A stretch of 64,000 nucleotides of DNA from Bacteroidaceae bacterium (lineage in GTDB: Bacteria > Bacteroidota > Bacteroidia > Bacteroidales > Bacteroidaceae): NCBI GenBank assembly GCA_017962495.1, contig JAGCVH010000054.1, forward strand, positions 6,572 through 70,571, in the 5' to 3' direction. The position numbers were made by a program, and so were the translations under genes. This document shows positions 1 through 8,964 of the stretch, piece by piece. How positions within the stretch are numbered: the first letter of the stretch is position 1; the number at the start of each line of letters is the position of its first letter. Under the pieces are notes generated by a model that had not been told where the DNA came from, did not search any database, and was given only the letters and a program-made list of their open reading frames with translations.

Positions 1-47
1 ATGACCCGCAGCGAGGTTTCGGGCGACAAAGGTAGTGCAAATTAAGC

Positions 48-186
48 GAAAATACAAATAATGAACAATATTTTTGCAGAAGAAGGCACGAAAAGCATGC
101 TTTGGCATACTTTTTCTGACTAAGTCTGCTAAATTTTGAAGCCGAAAGGCTGATAAGGGCAACGCCCGTTCATTATTTGTATTTTC
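48..186. repeat. 19-bp perfect inverted repeat pair separated by 101 bp
   Basis: GAAAATACAAATAATGAAC (48-66) is the exact reverse complement of GTTCATTATTTGTATTTTC (168-186). An 11-nt direct partial copy, ATACAAATAAT, lies at 229-239. Confidence 0.85.
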
Positions 187-245
187 CAAGATGCAGCCTA
201 CCTTCGAGGCTTTGAAGAAGACTCAAAGATACAAATAATCTTTAA

Positions 246-1730
246 TTATTCTATCTTGTTTAATTCCTGCATCATTCCTTCCACATTCGACCAACCCCTA
301 ATATGTTTAGCGAGTTTACCTTTGCGGTCATAGATGAGATAATGGGGAATAGCACTTTCATAACCAGGTATTTGCATTCCCAACATCTTTTCTTTGGGCA
401 CGATGTAATGGTCGCCCGCATGTTTGTCGATGTACTTCTGCCATTCGTCGACGCTACTGCTGGTGTTGGTAATATAGACAAAGTCCACACCACGCTCTAT
501 TAGTTCTTTCTTCACGCTCTCCATCTCCTTCATACCCATCAAGCAGGGACCGCACCAAGTTGCCCAGAAGTCAACGAGTACGATACGGTCCTTATGCTTG
601 GCAACGATTTTAGGCAACCATTCCTGCGGTTCCCCTTCAGGCAATTCGCAACGAATGCCTTTGCTCCCTACGGTTTCCGGAGTTTCCTCTTTGCTGACAG
701 AGGCTTTCTTTTTTAAATGCTCCTGTACTTCTCGAATCTGTGATTGGAATTCTGACGACAAGGCATTCAGTTCGCTTTCGGCTACAGGTTGCATAGCTTT
801 GGCTCGCTCCATCATAGCCCGAGCCTCTTCCAACTCTTTGAACCAACGCCCCAAAGGAGAATCTTTCAATCCGTTGGCCTGAATGTAATTCCATCCTTCG
901 TCCCGCATATTACTCAGGCAAGCATAGAAGCCTGTAATGTTACGATAGTAGGTCAGTTCGGAAGCATGTGGGTCTTTGAAGGTCATTTCTTTCTCTATCA
1001 TTTCCAAAGAGTCTTTATCCTTTATTCCCCCAACCCTTTTCATGAAAGTGAATTGCCTTAGCTTTTGTAAATAAGTCTGTTCAGTCAACATTCTACGATA
1101 TTCCTCTTCGACAGGCGAGAGATTGAGCGAAGGCAACTGCTTCACAACATCCTGAAACTCGTTCCAGCACGCTTCGCGCCATTCGTCATAGGTGTCACGC
1201 AAGTGAGCCTGGGCATATTCTTCGCTATAGCCAAGATCCATTCCCTTCATGCGAATAGGTTGGAGTTGCTCAAAGCTTCCACCTTCAATGCGAACGGCCT
1301 TCTTCCAGAGTTCCTGCAATTTGGAAGTGGTGATGCTGTCGCGCGGAGTTTCTTTGTTATAAGCCTCGTATGCGGCTAAAGCACTCTTGTTAATCTCAAC
1401 TTTCACGGTATCGCCTGGAAGAAGCATAATATACCACCCATGAAAATCGTGTTTCAAGGGGTAGCAGATGTCCCATACGAGAGTGAAGCGGCCAGCGGTG
1501 GAATCGACAGTCACTTCAGGAAAGTTATTGCCTTTCAGCGAGGTGTGATTGCCCCAATAACTTGGAGGGAAACTCTTGTCACCTGGCTTCCAGTCAACAT
1601 ACCGCCCAAGTATGACGGCTGGGGCGCTCTTGCGTTCCCAAAGCGGAAGGGCTGAGCGAGTTTGCGACAAGGCTGGTACGAATGCCGTAAGGATAATGAG
1701 AAACAGAAATGATACTTGAACCTTCTTCAT
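246..1730 (-). CDS. Secreted TlpA/thioredoxin-fold thiol-disulfide oxidoreductase with a long N-terminal domain
   Basis: 494-aa ORF with a signal peptide (MKKVQVSFLFLIILTAFVPALSQ). The C-terminal ~140 aa form a thioredoxin fold with a WATWCGPC (CxxC) motif. Confidence 0.8.
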   Translation of the reverse strand: MKKVQVSFLFLIILTAFVPALSQTRSALPLWERKSAPAVILGRYVDWKPGDKSFPPSYWGNHTSLKGNNFPEVTVDSTAGRFTLVWDICYPLKHDFHGWYIMLLPGDTVKVEINKSALAAYEAYNKETPRDSITTSKLQELWKKAVRIEGGSFEQLQPIRMKGMDLGYSEEYAQAHLRDTYDEWREACWNEFQDVVKQLPSLNLSPVEEEYRRMLTEQTYLQKLRQFTFMKRVGGIKDKDSLEMIEKEMTFKDPHASELTYYRNITGFYACLSNMRDEGWNYIQANGLKDSPLGRWFKELEEARAMMERAKAMQPVAESELNALSSEFQSQIREVQEHLKKKASVSKEETPETVGSKGIRCELPEGEPQEWLPKIVAKHKDRIVLVDFWATWCGPCLMGMKEMESVKKELIERGVDFVYITNTSSSVDEWQKYIDKHAGDHYIVPKEKMLGMQIPGYESAIPHYLIYDRKGKLAKHIRGWSNVEGMMQELNKIE

Positions 1731-1866
1731 ACTTATCTTATTGCTTTTCGAGGTTTAACTATCGTTATTCCTTATTAAAATAACGTCGATAGAAACATTT
1801 TATTGTGCAAGTCGCGATGAATAATTTGAAGGGTTTAGATTAAGATATAGGTCTTCCGTTGGAAGG

Positions 1867-1987
1867 CCTTAGGTTCTTGCTCCGTTTCTCTATGCAAGCG
1901 TAGCTTCGCGTCCGATTACGATTGCCGATGAACCTATGTTCGATAGATGTTGAACCTATATTCGATAGTAAATGAACTTATTTTTAT
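1867..1987. repeat. Dispersed intergenic repeat: conserved ~75-bp core followed by 22-bp-phased TGAAC-N4-(G/A)TTCGA palindromic units
   Basis: The core TAGGTTCTTGCTCCGTTTCTCTATGCAAGCGTAG...CGTCCGATTACGA (1870-1921) recurs at 21416-21471. Units start at 1929, 1951 and 1973 (the third is degenerate). Confidence 0.85.
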
Positions 1988-2207
1988 CTTTGACCCACCT
2001 GCGGAGGGTCGAAAATACTTCCGCTCGGAAGAGCTAAAAAAGAGAAAAATATTACTTCGTAATCATGGCCCATGGCCGAGAAATCGTCCCACTCTCCGCT
2101 TTTGTAAGCAAGCTTACTAGCGAAGAGGATACTTTTTCTCTCATTTTTCTCTTTTTTTGGTTCTTCGCTCGCTACCGTATTGTTGCCTTTGATAAAGTGC
2201 TTGTATG

Positions 2208-2229
2208 GTAAAAAGCGTAGATTTACGCT
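2208..2229 (-). terminator. Rho-independent terminator candidate after the CDP-alcohol phosphatidyltransferase gene
   Basis: On the minus strand, AGCGTA-aatc-TACGCT hairpin (2214-2229) is followed by a T-run, 11 nt past the stop codon. Confidence 0.55.
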
Positions 2230-2239
2230 GGCTTCTTTG

Positions 2240-2965
2240 TTATTCAGAGTGGGTTGGCGTTGATTTGTGCAGAGGATCGATGTGTGCGTAGTAGTGAGTG
2301 TCTTGCCAAAGGCTATGGAAGTAAATAACAAAGAGATTGAGGCTAATGAAGATGGCTGCGAAATCGAGTGCAAGCAGTGTGTGGTTATGCCCTAAAAGAG
2401 AAAATGTGTATGACCATGTTTGCAAGGTGGGGGAGAAGAAGAAACATGCGTTTACCAGAATGATAATGAGTCGCAGTTCTGTTGGTCCCAGTTTAGCAAA
2501 GGTAAGCTGGAACTCGTTTTTCAGGTGGGCATTAATCATTACAAACACATCGAGCATTAAGTAGGGAACGATGATGAGCAAGGCGGAAGCTAGGCTCATA
2601 TATGCCGACATACCAGCTCCCAGCACCATGAGAAAGGCACAAACGCAGTCGAGGTTGTGATCGATAAAGAATCCGTAGAGAGGTCGTTGTTGGTTGCGAT
2701 AGCGTGCCAGAGTGCCGTCTAGCGAATCGCCAAACCAATTGATAAAAAAGCCAGCATTGGCTAACCATAGCCAAGCAGGGTTGTACATTGTTAGAGCATA
2801 ACCAACAAGGACAAGTATTGCTCCAAAAGTACCAAAGGCCGTTAGATGGTCACTGGTGACATTCTGTGGCATTCTGCGTGCCAAAGCATGTAGAACCACT
2901 TTCTCATACGGATTTAGCAGTGAGGTTTGTATCCTGGCTGACTTCTCCGTTTTCACATTTTCCAT
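2240..2965 (-). CDS. CDP-alcohol phosphatidyltransferase family protein
   Basis: 241-aa polytopic membrane ORF. The family signature D-x2-DG-x2-AR...G-x3-D-x3-D is seen as DSLDGTLARYRNQQRPLYGFFIDHNLD. Confidence 0.85.
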   Translation of the reverse strand: MENVKTEKSARIQTSLLNPYEKVVLHALARRMPQNVTSDHLTAFGTFGAILVLVGYALTMYNPAWLWLANAGFFINWFGDSLDGTLARYRNQQRPLYGFFIDHNLDCVCAFLMVLGAGMSAYMSLASALLIIVPYLMLDVFVMINAHLKNEFQLTFAKLGPTELRLIIILVNACFFFSPTLQTWSYTFSLLGHNHTLLALDFAAIFISLNLFVIYFHSLWQDTHYYAHIDPLHKSTPTHSE

Positions 2966-2970
2966 AATAA

Positions 2971-3411
2971 CTAATGTATTAGTTCGCCCGCTTCGCTGAA
3001 CTTTAGGTATATGTCTTTTCTGTTATCTCTATCTAATTCCACGAGATAGTACTTCTCAGTGGGGCTTTCCACCCAATCTACATCATCGACTTCTACACTT
3101 TTGTAGTTCGCGTCCAGATAGTCGAGTGTTTTCTGTGGCAGTTCACTGATCGAAATGTCCTTTTTGGTTCTCACCCATGTGCCATCGTTCTGGAGCCAAA
3201 CCTCCATTTCGTGATAGTTGAAATAGAATTCAGCCTTTAATTGTCTGTGCTTCTCTTTTTCCCACTGTGCTGTGGTGTTTGGAAACATCTTTTGGAAAGT
3301 TGTCATTACTACAGTAGGAACATCAGACGACTTGACGTCGTCGTTGCAACTTACATTGAACACAACCATTGCCGCCATTATTAGGCAGGGAAACAGATTC
3401 TTCAGTTTCAT
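2971..3411 (-). CDS. PepSY-like (DUF2874-type) periplasmic lipoprotein
   Basis: 146 aa with a signal peptide and Cys (VFNVSCNDD). Two repeats of the PepSY-like pattern are present (FP..., YEV/YLVEL..., G.W/GELI). It lies next to a two-component system, as is common in Bacteroidales. Confidence 0.6.
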   Translation of the reverse strand: MKLKNLFPCLIMAAMVVFNVSCNDDVKSSDVPTVVMTTFQKMFPNTTAQWEKEKHRQLKAEFYFNYHEMEVWLQNDGTWVRTKKDISISELPQKTLDYLDANYKSVEVDDVDWVESPTEKYYLVELDRDNRKDIYLKFSEAGELIH

Positions 3412-3537
3412 CGCTATTTATTATTAGATGTAAAAAGTACTATTGTACCAAAAACAATTAATCCAATGCAAAAATGGCGACTTCGGACTGATTGAACAAA
3501 TAAAAGGCGTTACAATTTGGTTACATTTTCGCTTATG

Positions 3538-4452
3538 TCACTTTTTGAGTGTGAAGTCGAATATGATACCGGATTCGGAACGAACGGTGATGTTACCACC
3601 ATGTTGTAAAATAGCGTTCTTGACAATGGCAAGACCAAGACCTGTGCCACCCTCTTGTCGGCTTCGACTCTTGTCTACACGATAAAAACGTTCGAAGATG
3701 CGAGTGAGGTGCTCTGGTGGAATGCCGATACCATTGTCGGCAAAGGTGAAATGCCAGTGAGTCTTGGATTCTGTGGCGGATATCTCTACGACAGTGCCTT
3801 CACCGGCATATGCAATGGCGTTATCAGTGAGGTTGCGGAAAATGCTGTAGATGAGTTGCTCATTGCCATTGACGATGATGTCCTGTGGCAGAAGGTTGTG
3901 GAACTTCATCTTGCGATTTTGAAAGGCGATATGGGTTTCTTCAACAATATCAGCAACGAGTGCAGACACGTCCACGCGTCCTGTTGTAAGCATTTCGCCG
4001 GCATAGTCCATGCGGTTCAGTATGGAGATGTCCTGCAAGAGTGAAGCAAGTCGCTGGGCCTGTGTGAAAGTGCGTTCGGTAAACTGCCGACATTGTTCGT
4101 CGTTTATGCCCGGGGTGTGGAGTATGGTCTCTGCATAGCCAAGGATGCTGGCCACGGGAGTTTTTAGTTCGTGAGCAATGTTTTGCGTAAGTTCGCGACG
4201 CATTTGATTTTCTTTTGTAGCCTGCTCGCGGCTGATGCGTTCGTCCATTCGATGGGCATACCGATAGAGCAGCATGCCAAGCCCACCCATCACAACAACG
4301 GAGAAGAGAAGCAAGTGCCAGTCGCTGACCTCATCGAAGGGTTCTAACTTTTTTCGGTCATAATCCTCAAACAAAATAAACACTACAGCATAAACGACGA
4401 ATACTGTCATCACGCTGAGGAACATTTTTCCTCCCTCTGTCAGTTTCCTCAT
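3538..4452 (-). CDS. Sensor histidine kinase
   Basis: 304 aa with two N-terminal TM helices, an H-box ([12 protein letters not shown]), an N-box (LTDNAIAY) and a G-box ([12 protein letters not shown]). It overlaps the response regulator stop by 4 nt. Confidence 0.9.
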   Translation of the reverse strand: MRKLTEGGKMFLSVMTVFVVYAVVFILFEDYDRKKLEPFDEVSDWHLLLFSVVVMGGLGMLLYRYAHRMDERISREQATKENQMRRELTQNIAHELKTPVASILGYAETILHTPGINDEQCRQFTERTFTQAQRLASLLQDISILNRMDYAGEMLTTGRVDVSALVADIVEETHIAFQNRKMKFHNLLPQDIIVNGNEQLIYSIFRNLTDNAIAYAGEGTVVEISATESKTHWHFTFADNGIGIPPEHLTRIFERFYRVDKSRSRQEGGTGLGLAIVKNAILQHGGNITVRSESGIIFDFTLKK

Positions 4453-5138
4453 GCTTCGCCCTCCGTATCAAATAGGTAACCATAACCTTGCCGTGTTGTG
4501 ATGTGTTGTCCGTAGTGTCCCAATTTCTTGCGCAGTCGTGTGATGTTGACATCCACTGTGCGGTTGGTAACAACAACGTCGCTTGGCCACACTTCACTGA
4601 GCAGTTGCTGGCGCGAGAATACCCTCCCTTGGTGGCTTAAGAGCAGTCGAAGCAGTTCCAGCTCTGTCTTTGTCAGGTTGAGGGCTTCGCCATCGGCTAT
4701 TACTTTCCTTTGTGAGAGGTCTATCGTTAGCCCTTCGAATACTAATGGACTGGCTATGTCCTTGTTACTCGTTGCTGTTCTTGCCAGCACAGCACGGACT
4801 CTTGCCATCAGTTCTCGCACAGAGAAAGGCTTTGAGATGTAGTCGTCTGCACCCAGTTTGAATCCCTCCAATTTGTCCTCTTCTGCATCCCTCGCTGTAA
4901 GGAAAATAATGGGTGTGTCATAGCCTGATGTGCGTATTTGTCTGGCCATCTCGAACCCCGACATGCCAGGCATCATTACGTCGAGCACCAGCAAGTCGAA
5001 GTTTCCGACATCCTTCCGAAGGGCCTCCATTGCTGAATAGGTCATCTCTGCCTCATAACCTTCTGCCACGAGGTTTACACGCAGGATCTCGCACAAGTCT
5101 TGCTCGTCATCAACGATTAAAATCCGTTTTTTCTTCAT
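4449..5138 (-). CDS. OmpR/PhoB-family response regulator
   Basis: 229 aa. The receiver domain shows ILIVDDE, LLVLDVMMPGMSG and ISKPF. The C-terminal winged helix shows TVDVNITRLRKKL. Confidence 0.92.
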   Translation of the reverse strand: MKKKRILIVDDEQDLCEILRVNLVAEGYEAEMTYSAMEALRKDVGNFDLLVLDVMMPGMSGFEMARQIRTSGYDTPIIFLTARDAEEDKLEGFKLGADDYISKPFSVRELMARVRAVLARTATSNKDIASPLVFEGLTIDLSQRKVIADGEALNLTKTELELLRLLLSHQGRVFSRQQLLSEVWPSDVVVTNRTVDVNITRLRKKLGHYGQHITTRQGYGYLFDTEGEA

Positions 5139-5158
5139 TTCCGGGTCAAAGGTACAAC

Positions 5159-6835
5159 TTATTTTCCAAATCTTGCTTCTACGACATTGACAATATAATC
5201 ACAAAGTTTTTCCATCTCGTTTACAATATCAAAATAGAGCGTGCCGAGAGTATAACTGTATTCGTGGTCGTTAATGGCTTGAATGTTTTCCTCCTTCAAT
5301 TTATTGCGCAGCAAGTTTATCTCATTCTCAATACGATAGGTCTCATTTATATTGTGCTCGGAACGATGACCGTGCATCACTTTGCACATTTGCCGCAGTG
5401 CTTTGTCTGTAAGATCTCTCATCTTGTGCAGGTTGTCAGTTTGTGAAGTGATGAAGGCAAAACTGAGTTCACGATGACGGGCCAGTGTACGGCTTATTTT
5501 GTAGCAAGAATCACCTATACTTTCCAATTCACTCACTTCACTTAGCATTTGCCTTATCTTTTGCTTTGTAGTGTCACTTAGGTGGTCATTCGATAACTGT
5601 GCCAAATACTCGGCTATGGCTTGTTCCATTTTGTCTGATGCATCTTCCTCGCGCTCTATGTTGGCATACTTTTCATCAAAGGAGTCGGCATGGATGTCGT
5701 CCATCAGTTGGGTGACCATCGTAAACATTGTGTGCATACGCTCTGCAAAGAAAGCCGTTTCCTTTTGTGCCTCGAACACCGCGATTTCTGGCGTTGCCAT
5801 CGGACCTGCCTGTATGTATTTCAGGTTTTGCCCATCATGGGCGGATTCGGCCTTCTGTGGTAGCAACCAACGCACTACGCGCTCCAATTGCGGGATGAAA
5901 CTTATGAGTAGTAGCGTGTTCGTGATGTTGAAACAGGTGTGGAACATGGCCAGCACTACAGGTAGTCGAGTAGCCTGCCCGGAAACCGAAGGGTCGTATC
6001 CTGCCAAATAGCATACTCCATTGACAAAGGGATAGAACACGCAAAGCACCCAAAACACACCAAAAACGTTGAACAGAAGGTGGGCCAATGCAGCCCGTCG
6101 TGCCTCTATTCCAGAGCCCATCGCCGCTAAATTGGCAGTGGCCGTGGTGCCAATGTTCTCACCCATGACAAGAGCTATGCCGAGGTGGATGGGCAGAACG
6201 CCCGTGGAGCAGAGCAAGATGGTGATGGCCATGACGGCTGCCGACGATTGGACGATGCAGGTTATCACGGTGCCGATGGCTAAGAAGGCATGAATGGTGA
6301 GATGGCTTGATGTGTCAAATGAGGCAAAAAAAGATACTACAGTTTCGTTATGCTCCAGATCTAATTCCTTGCCTGCCATGCTAAGCATTACCAGTGACCA
6401 GAACATGAAGGCGATGCCAAAGAGGAAATCGCCTACGTAGCGTTGTCGCTTTCTATATATAAGAATGATGCCTAATATGAAAGCTGGAAAAATGATGTTG
6501 CTAAGGTCGACATTATAGCCAAGTGACATAATCCATGCCGTCAGTGTTGTGCCGATGTTTGCACCCATTATGACTGAGATAGCTTGCCCAAGCGTCAGCA
6601 GTCCGGCTGAGACAAACGACACAGTCATCACCGTTGTGGCTGACGACGACTGTACAGCGCACGTCACCATAGTTCCTGTTAACATCCCCGCTAGTCGGTT
6701 TGCTGTCATTTTCCCTAACATGTGTCTCAACTGTGGTCCTGCCATCTTCTGTAAAGCGTCACTCATCATTCTCATACCGAATATGAGTAAGCCAAGGGCA
6801 CCCAAGAGTTTGCTCGCAATAATTGTGTATTCCAT
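5159..6835 (-). CDS. Na+/phosphate cotransporter family protein with a PhoU-like C-terminal domain
   Basis: 558 aa with duplicated Na/Pi-cotransporter repeats (GANIGTTLTAW and GENIGTTATANL). The C-terminal half is a soluble helical PhoU-like region. Confidence 0.85.
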   Translation of the reverse strand: MEYTIIASKLLGALGLLIFGMRMMSDALQKMAGPQLRHMLGKMTANRLAGMLTGTMVTCAVQSSSATTVMTVSFVSAGLLTLGQAISVIMGANIGTTLTAWIMSLGYNVDLSNIIFPAFILGIILIYRKRQRYVGDFLFGIAFMFWSLVMLSMAGKELDLEHNETVVSFFASFDTSSHLTIHAFLAIGTVITCIVQSSAAVMAITILLCSTGVLPIHLGIALVMGENIGTTATANLAAMGSGIEARRAALAHLLFNVFGVFWVLCVFYPFVNGVCYLAGYDPSVSGQATRLPVVLAMFHTCFNITNTLLLISFIPQLERVVRWLLPQKAESAHDGQNLKYIQAGPMATPEIAVFEAQKETAFFAERMHTMFTMVTQLMDDIHADSFDEKYANIEREEDASDKMEQAIAEYLAQLSNDHLSDTTKQKIRQMLSEVSELESIGDSCYKISRTLARHRELSFAFITSQTDNLHKMRDLTDKALRQMCKVMHGHRSEHNINETYRIENEINLLRNKLKEENIQAINDHEYSYTLGTLYFDIVNEMEKLCDYIVNVVEARFGK

Positions 6836-6857
6836 AACAATAAATATAGATTGTTGG

Positions 6858-6865
6858 CAAAGTTA
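6858..6865 (-). promoter_or_regulatory. Bacteroidetes -7 promoter box (TAnnTTTG) for the Na/Pi cotransporter gene
   Basis: TAACTTTG on the minus strand, 22 nt upstream of the ATG. Confidence 0.5.
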
Positions 6866-7060
6866 CGCTGATTTGGTATTCTTGCAAAACATAATGTGTT
6901 ACGATATTGTTACATCAACTTTAACTTCATGTTTAAGCGAAAGGATATGATGGCCTTCGTCTCTCCAAAAATCGAGAATTTCCCTTGCATTTACCTTTGG
7001 TATTTAAATATTCGTGCTCGAAAATGCTCAAATAAATTTGGCATTTCCCTTGCTTATTTG

Positions 7061-7068
7061 TATCTTTG
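7061..7068 (+). promoter_or_regulatory. Bacteroidetes -7 promoter box (TAnnTTTG) for mutA-mutB
   Basis: TATCTTTG, with a TTTG (-33-like) about 20 nt upstream at 7037-7040 and 40 nt before the ATG at 7109. Confidence 0.55.
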
Positions 7069-7108
7069 CAACACTTTACACACATTATTTATACATATAG
7101 ATAGAGAA

Positions 7109-8962
7109 ATGGCTAAACAAACAGAGAAACTCTTCTCTGATTTTACTGCGCCCTCGCGTCAGGAATGGCGTGAGAAGATTGAGGTTGACCTCAAGGGTGC
7201 CGACTATCAGAAGAAGATGGTGTGGAGAACCAACGAAGGTTTCTCCATGGAGCCCTTCTACAGAAAGGAGGACGTGGACAAGTTGCCCCTCGTCAATGCC
7301 CTGCCTGGAGAGTTCCCATTCGTGAGAGGTAACAAAAAGGCTGACAACCAGTGGTATGTTCGTCAGAACATTAAAGCCGATGATGCTAAGGAAGCCAATG
7401 CGAAAGCACTTGACATCCTGAATCGCGGCATCGACTCACTGGGATTCCGCATCCCTGGCGACAAGGTGAGCAAGGAGTTCATCGAGACCCTGTTGGATGG
7501 CATCCTGTGTGACTGTGTGGAGGTTAGCTTCCGCACCTGTCAGCGTCACGCCTTGGAACTGGCCGACATCGTAGTGGAATACTACGAGAAGAAAGGCTAC
7601 GACAAGGAGAAGATTGTCGGTGGTATCGGTTTCGACCCCATCGAGCGCATGCTCATGAAGGGCAAGGACACCACGATGTTGCTGCCCGACATGCCTAAGT
7701 TGGTGGAGAAACTGAAGGACTTTCCCAACCTGCGTTGCGTAATGGTACACTCGGATTTGCTTTGCAACTCGGGTGCTTACGTTTATCAGGAATTGGGCTA
7801 TGCTCTGGCTTGGGGTAAGGAATACCTCGACGAGATGGTAGAAGCCGGTGTTCCCGTTGACCTTGCTGCAAAGAAGATTAAGTTCTACATGGGCGTGGGT
7901 GGCAACTACTTTATGGAGATTGCCAAGTTCCGTGCAGTTCGTATGCTTTGGGCACAGATTGTGAAGCAGTATGAACCCAAGTGCGACTGCGCTTGCAAGA
8001 TGGTCATCAATGCTTCCACTACTACTTACAACCAGACCGTGTTCGACTCTTACGTGAACATGCTTCGTTCTCAGACCGAGGCCATGAGTGCTGCCCTCGC
8101 AGGTATTCACTCCATGGTTGTTACACCTTTCGACACTCCTTATGAAGTGCCAACAGACTTTGCCGAGCGTATTGCTCGCAATCAGCAGTTGTTACTGAAG
8201 GAAGAGTGCCACTTCAACACGATTGTGGACGTAAGCGGTGGTTCTTATTTTGTAGAAGAACTGACAAATTCTATTGCCAAGGAAGGTTGGAAACTGTTCC
8301 TCACCGTTGAAGAGGAGGGTGGTTTCCTGGCCGCTGTCAAGGCTGGTACCATCCAGAACACCATCAACGAAACCGACAAGACGCGTCATGCTAATGCCGG
8401 TAAACGCAAGGAGTTCCTTTTGGGTACCAACCAGTTCCCCAACTTCACTGAGAAGAGCGAAGGCAAAGAGCCTCTGGCTTGTGATTGCACTTGCAAGCAC
8501 TCCAGTGATCCCGATGTTCCTGCTCTGCACACCAGCCGTCTGGCTTCAGAATTCGAGACCCTGCGCCTGACTACTGAGAAGGCAGCAAAGGTGCCCGTAG
8601 CCTTTATGCTCACCATCGGTAATTTGGCCATGCGTCAGGCTCGTGCTCAGTTCTCGTGCAACTTCCTTGCTGCAGCAGGCTATCAGGTTATCGACAACCT
8701 GGGCTTCAAGACTGTCGAGGAGGGCGTTGACAAGGCTTTGGAAGCTGGTGCCGACATCGTTGTCATCTGCTCCAGCGACGACGAGTATGCCGAGTATGCT
8801 ATCCCCGCTTTCCAGTATCTGAATGGTCGTGCTATGTTTGTTGTAGCAGGTGCCCCTGCTTGCTCTGAAGACTTGAAGGCCGCTGGTATTGAGAATTTCA
8901 TCCACGTACGTGTCGACCAGCTGAAGACGCTGCAAGAGTATAACGCTAAACTTGGTATTTAA
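7109..8962 (+). CDS. mutA: Methylmalonyl-CoA mutase small (beta) subunit
   Basis: The mutase-fold ORF lies immediately upstream (2-nt gap) of the large subunit. The start is set at the internal MAKQTEKLF, downstream of the -7 box. The 71-codon upstream extension in the ORF track is AT-rich promoter sequence. Confidence 0.88.
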   Translation: MAKQTEKLFSDFTAPSRQEWREKIEVDLKGADYQKKMVWRTNEGFSMEPFYRKEDVDKLPLVNALPGEFPFVRGNKKADNQWYVRQNIKADDAKEANAKALDILNRGIDSLGFRIPGDKVSKEFIETLLDGILCDCVEVSFRTCQRHALELADIVVEYYEKKGYDKEKIVGGIGFDPIERMLMKGKDTTMLLPDMPKLVEKLKDFPNLRCVMVHSDLLCNSGAYVYQELGYALAWGKEYLDEMVEAGVPVDLAAKKIKFYMGVGGNYFMEIAKFRAVRMLWAQIVKQYEPKCDCACKMVINASTTTYNQTVFDSYVNMLRSQTEAMSAALAGIHSMVVTPFDTPYEVPTDFAERIARNQQLLLKEECHFNTIVDVSGGSYFVEELTNSIAKEGWKLFLTVEEEGGFLAAVKAGTIQNTINETDKTRHANAGKRKEFLLGTNQFPNFTEKSEGKEPLACDCTCKHSSDPDVPALHTSRLASEFETLRLTTEKAAKVPVAFMLTIGNLAMRQARAQFSCNFLAAAGYQVIDNLGFKTVEEGVDKALEAGADIVVICSSDDEYAEYAIPAFQYLNGRAMFVVAGAPACSEDLKAAGIENFIHVRVDQLKTLQEYNAKLGI

Positions 8963-8964
8963 TC

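Noticed and set aside
1-45. Possible 3' end of a plus-strand gene (frame 1 reads MTRSEVSGDKGSAN-stop)
   Set aside because: Only 14 codons are visible at the window edge, which cannot support a call.
1984-2373. 129-aa minus-strand ORF
   Set aside because: It overlaps the 3' end of the CDP-alcohol phosphatidyltransferase gene out of frame and runs through its terminator hairpin and low-complexity A/T tracts.
6896-7108. 71-codon N-terminal extension of the mutA ORF
   Set aside because: The extension covers the TATCTTTG -7 box and AT-rich promoter DNA. The conserved MutA N-terminus starts at the ATG at 7109.
6836-7108. Cobalamin riboswitch upstream of the B12-dependent mutase
   Set aside because: The region is AT-rich promoter DNA, and I could not find a B12-box-like core or extended pairing. 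A covariance-model scan would be needed to exclude it formally.
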